Shown piece after piece: positions 56,499-64,000 of a DNA stretch of 64,000 nucleotides; the stretch's first letter is position 1, and each line of letters opens with the position of its first letter. The notes under the pieces are model-generated. The model made no database searches, was not told where the DNA came from, and saw only the letters and a program-made list of their open reading frames with translations. Both the position numbers and the translations under genes were made by a program. Origin of the DNA: Parvularculales bacterium (GTDB taxonomy: Bacteria > Pseudomonadota > Alphaproteobacteria > JAPOUT01 > JBAJNM01); assembly GCA_036881865.1 (NCBI GenBank), contig JBAJNM010000005.1, positions 3,868-67,867 on the forward strand. The letters are read 5' to 3'.

Positions 56499-57779
56499 GT
56501 GTTAGATATTAAACACATAGTGGAAAATCCTGAAGCGTTTGATAAGCATATGATCAACCGCAATGTGTTGCCTTGTGCCGGGCGGCTTATTGCCCTTGAT
56601 GAAGTCCGGCGAAAAATCATTACAGATATAGAAGTGGCCCGCCGGGATCGCAATGAACTCTCAAAGGCGGTGGGACAGGCGAAATCTTCCGGTGATGAGG
56701 CAAAGTCGCAAAACCTGATGGAGGAGGTAGGTGCTCTTAAAAAGCGTATTCAGCAGGGTGAAATTGAATTGCGCACTGTCTCTGATGAGTTTGATGGATT
56801 GTTGGCGGGTCTGCCTAATATCCCTCTTGAAGATGTACCGGTTGGTGAGGATGAAGAGGCCAATGTTCTTTATCGTCGATCTGGTGAGCCAGACAGGCTA
56901 AACATCACCCCTAGGCAGCATTTTGAGTTAGGGGAAGCCTTGGGCTTAATGGACTTTGAGGCGGCGGCTAGACTGTCCGGTGCACGGTTTGTTGTCTTAC
57001 GGGGGGCGTTAGCACGGATGGAACGGGCGCTGGCCGGTTTTATGTTGGATATTCACACAAATGAGTTTGGCTATGAGGAAGTGTCGCCTCCTTTGTTGGT
57101 GCGGGAGGCGTCCATGTTTGGCACGGGCCAACTGCCAAAGTTTCGTGATGACCAGTTTCACACGGAAGATGATTTTTGGTTGTTACCTACAGCCGAAGTA
57201 GCTTTGACCAATCTGGTGCGGGAGACAATTATAGCAGAAGAGGCGCTTCCCTTGCGCTATACGGCTGCTACGCCGTGTTTTCGTAAAGAGGCAGGTGCGG
57301 CCGGGCGTGATACACGAGGGATGATAAGACAGCATCAATTTACCAAGGTGGAATTGGTGAGCATTACAACACCGGATATGTCTCTTGAAGAACTGGAGCG
57401 AATGTTGTCTTGCGCTGAGCAAGTGCTAAAGCGGCTTGGGTTACCGTATCGGGTTATGATTTTGTCCACCGGTGACATGGGCTTTTCCGCATGTAAAACC
57501 TACGACGTTGAGGTCTGGATGCCGGGACAAGGGGTGTTCAGAGAGATTTCCAGTTGTTCTTTGTGTGGCGACTTTCAAGCGCGACGCATGCAGGCCCGGT
57601 ATCGCAAACAAGGCGAAAAAGCACTGGCTCATGTTCACACCTTGAATGGTTCCGGCCTTGCCATAGGACGCACTATGGCGGCTATTCTGGAGAATAACCA
57701 GTGTGAGGACGGGAGCATCGCTATTCCCACAGCCCTGCAACCCTATATGGACAACAAAAAAGTGATAAAACCCGTATGA
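56499..57779 (+). CDS. serS: serine--tRNA ligase
   Basis: 426-aa ORF (GTG start) with [12 protein letters not shown], an N-terminal coiled coil, and class II motifs ([34 protein letters not shown]). Confidence 0.96.
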   Translation: MLDIKHIVENPEAFDKHMINRNVLPCAGRLIALDEVRRKIITDIEVARRDRNELSKAVGQAKSSGDEAKSQNLMEEVGALKKRIQQGEIELRTVSDEFDGLLAGLPNIPLEDVPVGEDEEANVLYRRSGEPDRLNITPRQHFELGEALGLMDFEAAARLSGARFVVLRGALARMERALAGFMLDIHTNEFGYEEVSPPLLVREASMFGTGQLPKFRDDQFHTEDDFWLLPTAEVALTNLVRETIIAEEALPLRYTAATPCFRKEAGAAGRDTRGMIRQHQFTKVELVSITTPDMSLEELERMLSCAEQVLKRLGLPYRVMILSTGDMGFSACKTYDVEVWMPGQGVFREISSCSLCGDFQARRMQARYRKQGEKALAHVHTLNGSGLAIGRTMAAILENNQCEDGSIAIPTALQPYMDNKKVIKPV

Positions 57780-58609
57780 CATCCCCACCTAGGATTTTGA
57801 TTACCAATGATGATGGTATCCATGCACCGGGTTTAGAAGCCCTTAAGACCATAGCGAAGACTCTCAGCCGTGATGTATGGGTTGTAGCCCCTGAAACCGA
57901 ACAGAGCGGTGCGGCTCACTCGTTGACTCTTTCGTTACCGTTGCGGCTGAGAAAACTAAATCCGCAAATGTTTGCGGTTCAGGGAACACCGACAGATTGT
58001 GTGGTGATGGCCGTTCATCACATTATTACGGATAAAATGCCCGACCTCGTACTCTCCGGCGTAAATAGCGGGCAAAATATCGCAGAGCATGTGGTCTATT
58101 CCGGTACCATTGCAGGTGCCATGGAGGGAGCTATGCTGGGTATTCCTTCCATAGCTTTGAGTCAGGCCTATGGATTTGAAGGCCACGAAAGAATTCGCTG
58201 GGATACGGCTATTCGCCATGGACCCGATATTATTCGCACTTTGATAAAAACCGGCTGGCCAAAAGATATCATTCTGAATATCAATTTTCCTGATACGGCA
58301 CCCGATAAAGTCACGGACCTTGAGGTAACGCGTCAGGGTAAACGGGATCAGTCCCTGATACGCGTTGAGCCTCGTGAGGATGGTCGGCGGCGCTCTTATT
58401 TTTGGATTGGCTTTGAGAGTATTCAAAGTCGTCCGCCTTCAGGGACTGACCTTAAGGCTATCTATGAGGGTCGTATATCTGTGACACCGCTCCACATGAA
58501 TATGACTCACCAGAGTTCACGGCAGCATCTGGCGCAAGCTCTTGATGGCTTGATTGAAACGCCAAAAGAAAAAAAGCAAAAAGAGAAGAAGTCAGAAAGT
58601 AAGAAATAA
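57776..58609 (+). CDS. surE: 5'/3'-nucleotidase SurE
   Basis: 277-aa ORF with [22 protein letters not shown] and [11 protein letters not shown], plus a Lys-rich tail. Confidence 0.93.
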   Translation: MTSPPRILITNDDGIHAPGLEALKTIAKTLSRDVWVVAPETEQSGAAHSLTLSLPLRLRKLNPQMFAVQGTPTDCVVMAVHHIITDKMPDLVLSGVNSGQNIAEHVVYSGTIAGAMEGAMLGIPSIALSQAYGFEGHERIRWDTAIRHGPDIIRTLIKTGWPKDIILNINFPDTAPDKVTDLEVTRQGKRDQSLIRVEPREDGRRRSYFWIGFESIQSRPPSGTDLKAIYEGRISVTPLHMNMTHQSSRQHLAQALDGLIETPKEKKQKEKKSESKK

Positions 58610-58787
58610 GAAAAATTCGAAATTGTACTTTGCGATCCTGACCCGGCGTTTAAGTATTATGGTGTGTATAAGTGAGTGGCTTATACATTTGGTTAGAGGG
58701 GTTGCTAAGGAAATATTAAGAGGAACCTTAGGGTTAAGTGTAGCAAGATAGGGTGCGAAATATTGCAAAAAATAGCGGAATAAAAGG

Positions 58788-59837
58788 ATGATGATACGGT
58801 TTTTTGCGGTGAATTTTGGGTATGTTTTGGCAATAGCTATGGTGGCCATGCTGGCAGCTTGTGGGACAAGCAGCAAAACGCCGTGGTATATAGCTCACGC
58901 TGAAGGGCAAAATCGGCAGACGCAGCAAACACTGTTAAATCCGGCAAGGCCGGATGTTTTACCACAGCCCCGTTCTCAACAGTCAAAGGATGTTATTGCC
59001 TTGCCTGTAACACAAGCCGGAGCAGGCCAGCAGATAAGCGTGAGCAAAGGCGAAACTTTGTATGGCATTGCGCGGCGAACAGGCACACCGCTACGGGCGC
59101 TCATTGATGCTAATAAGCTGAGGCCTCCTTATACGCTGCAGATCGGACATCGTTTGGTGATTCCGGTTATGCAACGCTATCATGTGAAAGGCGGTGATAC
59201 TCTATACAGCATCTCACGGCGGTATGGGGTGGATATGGCCTCTCTGGCCTCCCTCAATAATCTTAAAGCGCCGTATGGTATTGTACGCGGACAAGTGTTG
59301 CGCGTGTCTTCCTCACTTGACGCAAATCAACTAACAACAGATGCTGAATCGCCTGTTGTCGTAAACCCTCAGCCCCAAAGCCCATTTTCCTGGCAGCGTG
59401 TTGCTGAGTCAAAACGTACTGGCCAAAATGTCCTAACTCCCCTCTATCGCCCCTCAAAGAAGGGACCCCAATTTGTATGGCCCGTGAAAGGCGGTGTACT
59501 ATCCGGCTATGGGCCTAAATCTAATGGGCAACGTAATGATGGGGTTAACATCTCAACACCGGAAGGCAGTATCGTTAGAGCTGCTGCTGATGGCGTGGTC
59601 GCATATGCAGATGATGGTCTTGCGGGATATGGCAGAATGCTACTCATTCGCCATAAAGGGGGGTGGGTTACGGCATACGCTCACAATGCGGTGTTGTTAG
59701 TTAAACGGGGTGACAGGGTTAGACAGGAGCAAGCCATTGCCAGATCAGGACGCACCGGTAATGTCACAATACCGCAGGTTCATTTTCAAATTCGCAAAGG
59801 AGGTAATACAATTAATCCGGTTAAACACCTCGGGTAG
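58788..59837 (+). CDS. nlpD: LysM-domain M23 metallopeptidase (NlpD-like lipoprotein)
   Basis: 349-aa ORF with the lipobox-like LAACG, two LysM repeats (VSKGETLYGIARR..., VKGGDTLYSISRRYGV...) and M23 motifs (GVNISTPEGSIVRAAADGVV, HFQIRKGG). Confidence 0.88.
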   Translation: MMIRFFAVNFGYVLAIAMVAMLAACGTSSKTPWYIAHAEGQNRQTQQTLLNPARPDVLPQPRSQQSKDVIALPVTQAGAGQQISVSKGETLYGIARRTGTPLRALIDANKLRPPYTLQIGHRLVIPVMQRYHVKGGDTLYSISRRYGVDMASLASLNNLKAPYGIVRGQVLRVSSSLDANQLTTDAESPVVVNPQPQSPFSWQRVAESKRTGQNVLTPLYRPSKKGPQFVWPVKGGVLSGYGPKSNGQRNDGVNISTPEGSIVRAAADGVVAYADDGLAGYGRMLLIRHKGGWVTAYAHNAVLLVKRGDRVRQEQAIARSGRTGNVTIPQVHFQIRKGGNTINPVKHLG

Positions 59838-59841
59838 AGAT

Positions 59842-60729
59842 TTACTTTTGTCCGGGTTGTACCCATGATTTTGACTTAAGGTGTACTCCCTGTGATCCTG
59901 CTAGATCCTGTATAAACTGCCAGGCAACCCGTCCGGATCGATCACCCCGCCCGACAGCCCATGCCAAAGATTTTTCTCTTATGTCCGATGTATCTAGTTT
60001 GTAACGGTGCGCATAATTATCAATCATGGCAAGATAATCATCCTGATTACAGGAGTGGAATCCTAACCATAAACCGAAACGGTCCGACAATGATATGCTC
60101 TCTTCTACTGCTTCAGAGGGGTTGATGGCCGTTGATTGTTCATTTTCTATCATCTCTCTGGGCATCATGTGGCGCCGATTGGACGTAGCGTAAAATACAA
60201 CATTGTCGGGGCGGCCCTCAAGACCACCCTCCAGAACTGTTTTTAGAGATTTGTAGCTGGTGTCTCCCTTGTCAAAAGATAAATCATCGCAAAAAACAAT
60301 AAACCGCTGTGATGACGACTGTAGCGTAGTCATTAAACGGGGCAGGCTTTCAATATCTTCACGGTGAATCTCTACCAGAGACAAAATACCATCCTGCTCT
60401 TCAACCAGCGCTCCCCACACTGCCTTAACGAGAGAGCTCTTTCCCATACCCCGCGCACCCCATAGTAGAGCATTATTGGCGGGCAAGCCCCTGGCAAATC
60501 GCCGCGTGTTGGTTAGGAGTTGCTCAATGGCATAATCAATGCCCTGTAACATATCAATGGCAACACCGTTTACGTGAAAAACCGGCTCCAGAGAGTTTTT
60601 ATCAGCGTCCCAGATAAAGGCGTTAACCTTGTCAGAGACGATTGAGGGGCCAGTAGGGGTTAAGCGGTGTTCCAGCGCCGTAGCAATACGAGCCAGCAGA
60701 GCAGGGATATCTGAGTCTGATTTTGGCAT
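59842..60729 (-). CDS. DUF815-type AAA ATPase
   Basis: 295-aa ORF with the P-loop GARGMGKSSLVKA and the usual position upstream of yajC in alphaproteobacteria. Confidence 0.8.
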   Translation of the reverse strand: MPKSDSDIPALLARIATALEHRLTPTGPSIVSDKVNAFIWDADKNSLEPVFHVNGVAIDMLQGIDYAIEQLLTNTRRFARGLPANNALLWGARGMGKSSLVKAVWGALVEEQDGILSLVEIHREDIESLPRLMTTLQSSSQRFIVFCDDLSFDKGDTSYKSLKTVLEGGLEGRPDNVVFYATSNRRHMMPREMIENEQSTAINPSEAVEESISLSDRFGLWLGFHSCNQDDYLAMIDNYAHRYKLDTSDIREKSLAWAVGRGDRSGRVAWQFIQDLAGSQGVHLKSKSWVQPGQK

Positions 60730-60853
60730 GCTATCAGGCCTTCATTAATACGCACTATAAGAAGCTATACTCTTTAATTAATCCTAACAGGGTTGCCCGT
60801 GCGGTCAATCGGCGTTTATAGTCTTCCCCGCACTGATATTCTATGGAGGAAAA

Positions 60854-61195
60854 ATGCTTATTACCCCGGCTTATGCTCAGACTGCTTCAGCAGGCGAAGG
60901 TGATTTTTTGATTACCTTGCTACCTTTCGTTGCTGTTTTCGCTATCATTTACTTTTTAATCATACGTCCTCAGCAAAAAAGGGTAAAAGAACATAGAGCC
61001 ATGGTGGATTCTGTCCGGCGTGGTGATACGGTGGTCACCGCTGGCGGGTTAATTGGTAAAATCCATAAAGTTATGGAAGATAATGAATGTATCGTAGAGG
61101 TTGCTGACAATGTTCGGTTACGGGTTGTCAAGAGCACCTTGAGTGATGTTAGAGCACGAACGGAGACAGCGTCTTCTGACGGTAAGTCAGACTAG
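60854..61195 (+). CDS. yajC: preprotein translocase subunit YajC
   Basis: 113-aa ORF with IIYFLIIRPQQKRVKEHRAMVDSVRRGDTVVTAGGLIGKI. Confidence 0.93.
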   Translation: MLITPAYAQTASAGEGDFLITLLPFVAVFAIIYFLIIRPQQKRVKEHRAMVDSVRRGDTVVTAGGLIGKIHKVMEDNECIVEVADNVRLRVVKSTLSDVRARTETASSDGKSD

Positions 61196-61234
61196 TCAAA
61201 TTAACAGACTTTATTGAGGGCAGAGCAGAGCTTC

Positions 61235-62845
61235 ATGTTATATTTTGCACGCTGGAAAATTATTCTAATTATTGTTATCTGCCTTGGGGGCGTTTTGTTT
61301 GCCTCACCTAACGTGTTACCGCGTTTTGTGCTGGGGGAGTTTCCGGATTGGATACCTCATCAGCAGGTTAATCTTGGGCTTGACCTGCGGGGTGGTTCTC
61401 ATTTGTTGTTGGAAGTTGACATGGGCGCTGTCTCTAAGGAGCGTCTGGAGGTTTTGCGTGATGATGTGCGTGTAGCCTTGCGTCAAAACTCTGTTCGTTA
61501 CCGGGGATTAGCCTCTACGGCGGATGCTGTAGTTGTCACAATTATTGAGCCGGATCGTGTGTCTGCTGCACGGGAGGCTCTTGAGACCCTCATATCTCCT
61601 CTACCGGTCTCTCTTTTAAACCCCGTTTCAACGCCGGATATTGAAATTGTTGAAGAGGGACAATCTTTTACAGTACGCCCGAGTACACAGGCAACCTTGC
61701 AACGCAATCAGTCAACTCTGGCTCAATCCATTGAGATTGTAAGACGCAGGGTTGATGAACTGGGAACCACGGAGCCAACCATTCAGCGTCAGGGAGCACA
61801 GCGTATCCTTGTTCAGGTACCCGGGTTAGATGACCCGGAAAGGCTTAAGGATTTATTGGGGCAGACGGCTAAGATGACGTTTCACTTGGTGAACACACAA
61901 GCCGCTCCTGATGCAATTAGAACAGGTCGCGCACCGGCCGGATATGAAATCCTCTATACGGAAGAAGAAGAGGGGGTACCGTCGACGCCTCTTGTTGTTC
62001 AAAGACGGGTCATGGTTAGCGGAGAAAATCTTGTAGATGCCCAACCTTCGTTTGACGAATACAATATGCCCGTTGTGACTTTTCGGTTTGATACGGCCGG
62101 AGGGCGGCGGTTCGGTGAAATTACCCAGCAAAATGTCGGCAATCCCTTTGCCATTGTTCTGGATGGTAAAGTAATAAGCGCACCGGTTATCCGGGAAGCT
62201 ATCTTGGGAGGTTCCGGACAGATTAGTGGCAATTTTACGGTGCAATCCGCGAATGATTTGGCAATTTTATTGCGAGCCGGTGCCCTGCCTGCGCCTTTGC
62301 ACATATTGGAGGAGCGCACGGTGGGGCCGGGGTTAGGAGCTGATTCTGTCCGGGCAGGCAGTATTGCCTCTCTTTTTGGGTTGGTGGGTGTGATTGTGTT
62401 CATGTTCCTGAGTTATGGGCGGTTTGGCTTTTATGCCGATGTGTCGTTGTTGGTGAATCTCACTCTGATCTTGGGAGTGTTGTCTTTGTTACAGGCAACT
62501 TTAACGCTTCCCGGTATAGCCGGTATTGTCTTGACCATCGGTATGGCTGTGGATGCGAACGTGCTTATTTTTGAGCGCATCCGCGAAGAAATTCGTAGTG
62601 GAAAGCCTCCCCTGCGGGCCGTTGATGCCGGATACAGCCGTGCTCTGGGTACTATTTTAGATGCCAATATCACGACTTTAATCGCGGCTCTTGTCTTGTT
62701 TCAAATTGGCTCCGGGCCGGTGCGTGGTTTTGCCGTTACTCTGGCCATCGGTATTGTCACGTCTGTATTTACGGCATTCACTCTTACTCGCTTGATGATC
62801 ACCTGGTGGTTACGCCGCCGGAAACCTCAAGCGTTGGCTATTTAA
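61235..62845 (+). CDS. secD: protein translocase subunit SecD
   Basis: The track ORF starts at TTG 61214. I prefer ATG 61235 (MLYFARWKIILI, the typical SecD start). It has LGLDLRGGSHLLLEVD and a C-terminal six-TM region. Confidence 0.94.
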   Translation: MLYFARWKIILIIVICLGGVLFASPNVLPRFVLGEFPDWIPHQQVNLGLDLRGGSHLLLEVDMGAVSKERLEVLRDDVRVALRQNSVRYRGLASTADAVVVTIIEPDRVSAAREALETLISPLPVSLLNPVSTPDIEIVEEGQSFTVRPSTQATLQRNQSTLAQSIEIVRRRVDELGTTEPTIQRQGAQRILVQVPGLDDPERLKDLLGQTAKMTFHLVNTQAAPDAIRTGRAPAGYEILYTEEEEGVPSTPLVVQRRVMVSGENLVDAQPSFDEYNMPVVTFRFDTAGGRRFGEITQQNVGNPFAIVLDGKVISAPVIREAILGGSGQISGNFTVQSANDLAILLRAGALPAPLHILEERTVGPGLGADSVRAGSIASLFGLVGVIVFMFLSYGRFGFYADVSLLVNLTLILGVLSLLQATLTLPGIAGIVLTIGMAVDANVLIFERIREEIRSGKPPLRAVDAGYSRALGTILDANITTLIAALVLFQIGSGPVRGFAVTLAIGIVTSVFTAFTLTRLMITWWLRRRKPQALAI

Positions 62846-62860
62846 CAGGAAAGTGTTGTC

Positions 62861-63826
62861 ATGATGCGGGTTAAACTTGTTCCCGATCAAACCGCGATTG
62901 TCTTTATTCGGTATCGCAGACTGGCCTTTATCGTATCAGGAATGCTCCTGCTGGCTTCTATGGCATTGTTTTTCACCAAAGGTTTGAACTATGGCATTGA
63001 TTTTCGCGGTGGCACAATGATTGAAATCGGCACCGATGGACCTGCTGATATTGCCGATTTGCGCAATCGGGTTGGAAATTTGGGGTTGGGCGATGTTCAG
63101 GTACAACAATTTGGTGAACCGACGGATGTTCTCATTCGGGTTGAAGAGCAAACCGGAGGGGTAGGAGCAGAAGCCATAGGGGCAGATACCGGCGGACAGG
63201 GCGGTATTGATGTAGTGGACACGCTTCGTGGGATGTTAGGAGACACAGTCGAATATCGGCGGGTGGAGGTGGTTGGCCCCAAGGTAAGCGGCGAGCTTAT
63301 TCAATCAGGTGTTATTGCAGTTTTGGTCGCGGTTTTTCTGGTGTTGATTTACATCTGGATTCGTTTTGAATGGCAATTCAGTGTAGGGGCTATTGCAGCG
63401 TTGATACATGATGTGGCGTTGACGATTGGCATTTTTTGTTTGCTGCAGTTGGAGTTTAATCTGTCTATTATTGCAGCAATTCTCACTATTGTGGGCTATT
63501 CTTTAAATGACACGGTTGTTGTTTATGACCGCATACGGGAGAATTTGCGTAAGTATAAGAAGAAAGATTTGAGTGAATTGATAGATTTGTCTGTCAATCA
63601 AACTTTATCACGCACCGTGATGACGTCGGTGACAACTCTCATTGCATTGCTTTCTCTTTATATTCTGGGAGGAGAAGTGATTCGTGGCTTTACTTTTGCC
63701 ATGATTTGGGGAGTGGTGATCGGGACATACTCTTCGGTTTTTATAGCCTCTCCCATTTTGCTGATGTTAGATATTAAGCGGGATTGGGGGGCTGTTCCCA
63801 CGCGGACAGGGACTTCGCAATCTTAA
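62861..63826 (+). CDS. secF: protein translocase subunit SecF
   Basis: 321-aa ORF with GLNYGIDFRGGTMIE, GPKVSGEL and YSLNDTVVVYDRIREN. Confidence 0.94.
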   Translation: MMRVKLVPDQTAIVFIRYRRLAFIVSGMLLLASMALFFTKGLNYGIDFRGGTMIEIGTDGPADIADLRNRVGNLGLGDVQVQQFGEPTDVLIRVEEQTGGVGAEAIGADTGGQGGIDVVDTLRGMLGDTVEYRRVEVVGPKVSGELIQSGVIAVLVAVFLVLIYIWIRFEWQFSVGAIAALIHDVALTIGIFCLLQLEFNLSIIAAILTIVGYSLNDTVVVYDRIRENLRKYKKKDLSELIDLSVNQTLSRTVMTSVTTLIALLSLYILGGEVIRGFTFAMIWGVVIGTYSSVFIASPILLMLDIKRDWGAVPTRTGTSQS

Positions 63827-63899
63827 ATCCGGCTAAAACTGGATTTTAATCTGCTATTGGGGTAAATTAAGCTACGGAAAATAATCGGGGAGATTCTTA

Positions 63900-64000
63900 T
63901 GGCTACTCTTCTAACCTCTATTCGTAACACTGTTATCGCGGGCTTTGTTTTGGCCCTTGGTCTTGTTTTTATGTATGCCGGATGGGATGGAGACTTTGGT
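63900..64000 (+). CDS. start of a membrane protein of unknown function (truncated by the window end)
   Basis: ATG at 63900 is preceded by GGGGAG. It reads MATLLTSIRNTVIAGFVLALGLVFMYAGWDGDFG... Only 33 codons are visible. Confidence 0.3.

Noticed and set aside
58610-58787. The 178-nt gap between surE and nlpD, where many bacteria carry pcm, with an 8-bp hairpin TGTATAAG-N7-CTTATACA at 58665-58687
   Set aside because: pcm is present elsewhere in the window in the pcm-tolC-valS arrangement that I believe is normal for alphaproteobacteria. No pcm remnant is evident in the gap, and the hairpin is short and AT-rich.

Overview
The window looks like chromosomal DNA from an alphaproteobacterium. I infer this from the synteny pcm-tolC-valS and nagZ-scpA-scpB-tatABC-serS-surE-nlpD-yajC-secDF. 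I ran no searches, and all family names come from reading the translated ORFs.

Layout:
- 1-11.06 kb: one unbroken minus-strand gene array. It holds a 10-gene Mrp-type (CPA3) cation/proton antiporter cluster in E-F-G-(MbhD-like)-B-C-D-D-x-D order, then coxG, coxS and coxM-like molybdo-hydroxylase accessory and electron-transfer genes, two xdhC genes and a molybdopterin-binding gene. No catalytic large subunit is visible.
- 11.2-13.7 kb: an NMT1/THI5-type ABC importer.
- 13.7-18 kb: small housekeeping genes with tRNA-Pro and tRNA-Arg.
- 18.1-27 kb: an accessory-looking catabolic block with two oversized GST-like genes, a DUF2855-like gene, a sulfatase, a TetR regulator and an acyl-CoA ligase. 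It is bracketed by a direct repeat that is a relic of the metC 3' end plus a promoter-like element.
- 27-34 kb: metC and an aapJ-aapJ-aapQ-aapM-aapP amino-acid ABC locus with a tandemly duplicated binding protein.
- 34-39.8 kb: a mosaic segment, AT-rich by eye, next to tRNA-Asn and tRNA-Cys. It has no integrase. It carries a PD-(D/E)XK-like nuclease-fold gene, GNATs, a cysK-like gene, and a tightly packed triad of a DUF2332-like gene, a GIY-YIG nuclease gene interrupted by an in-frame TAG, and an RlmJ-like gene with a degenerate motif.
- About 40.1 kb: an orphan 62-aa secreted CX4C peptide gene.
- 40.6-64 kb: core genes.

I saw no rRNA, CRISPR array, transposase or integrase.

The best candidates for something undescribed are the DUF2332 / GIY-YIG(amber) / RlmJ-like triad and the Mrp + coxGSM array. 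Both are hypotheses from sequence reading only.
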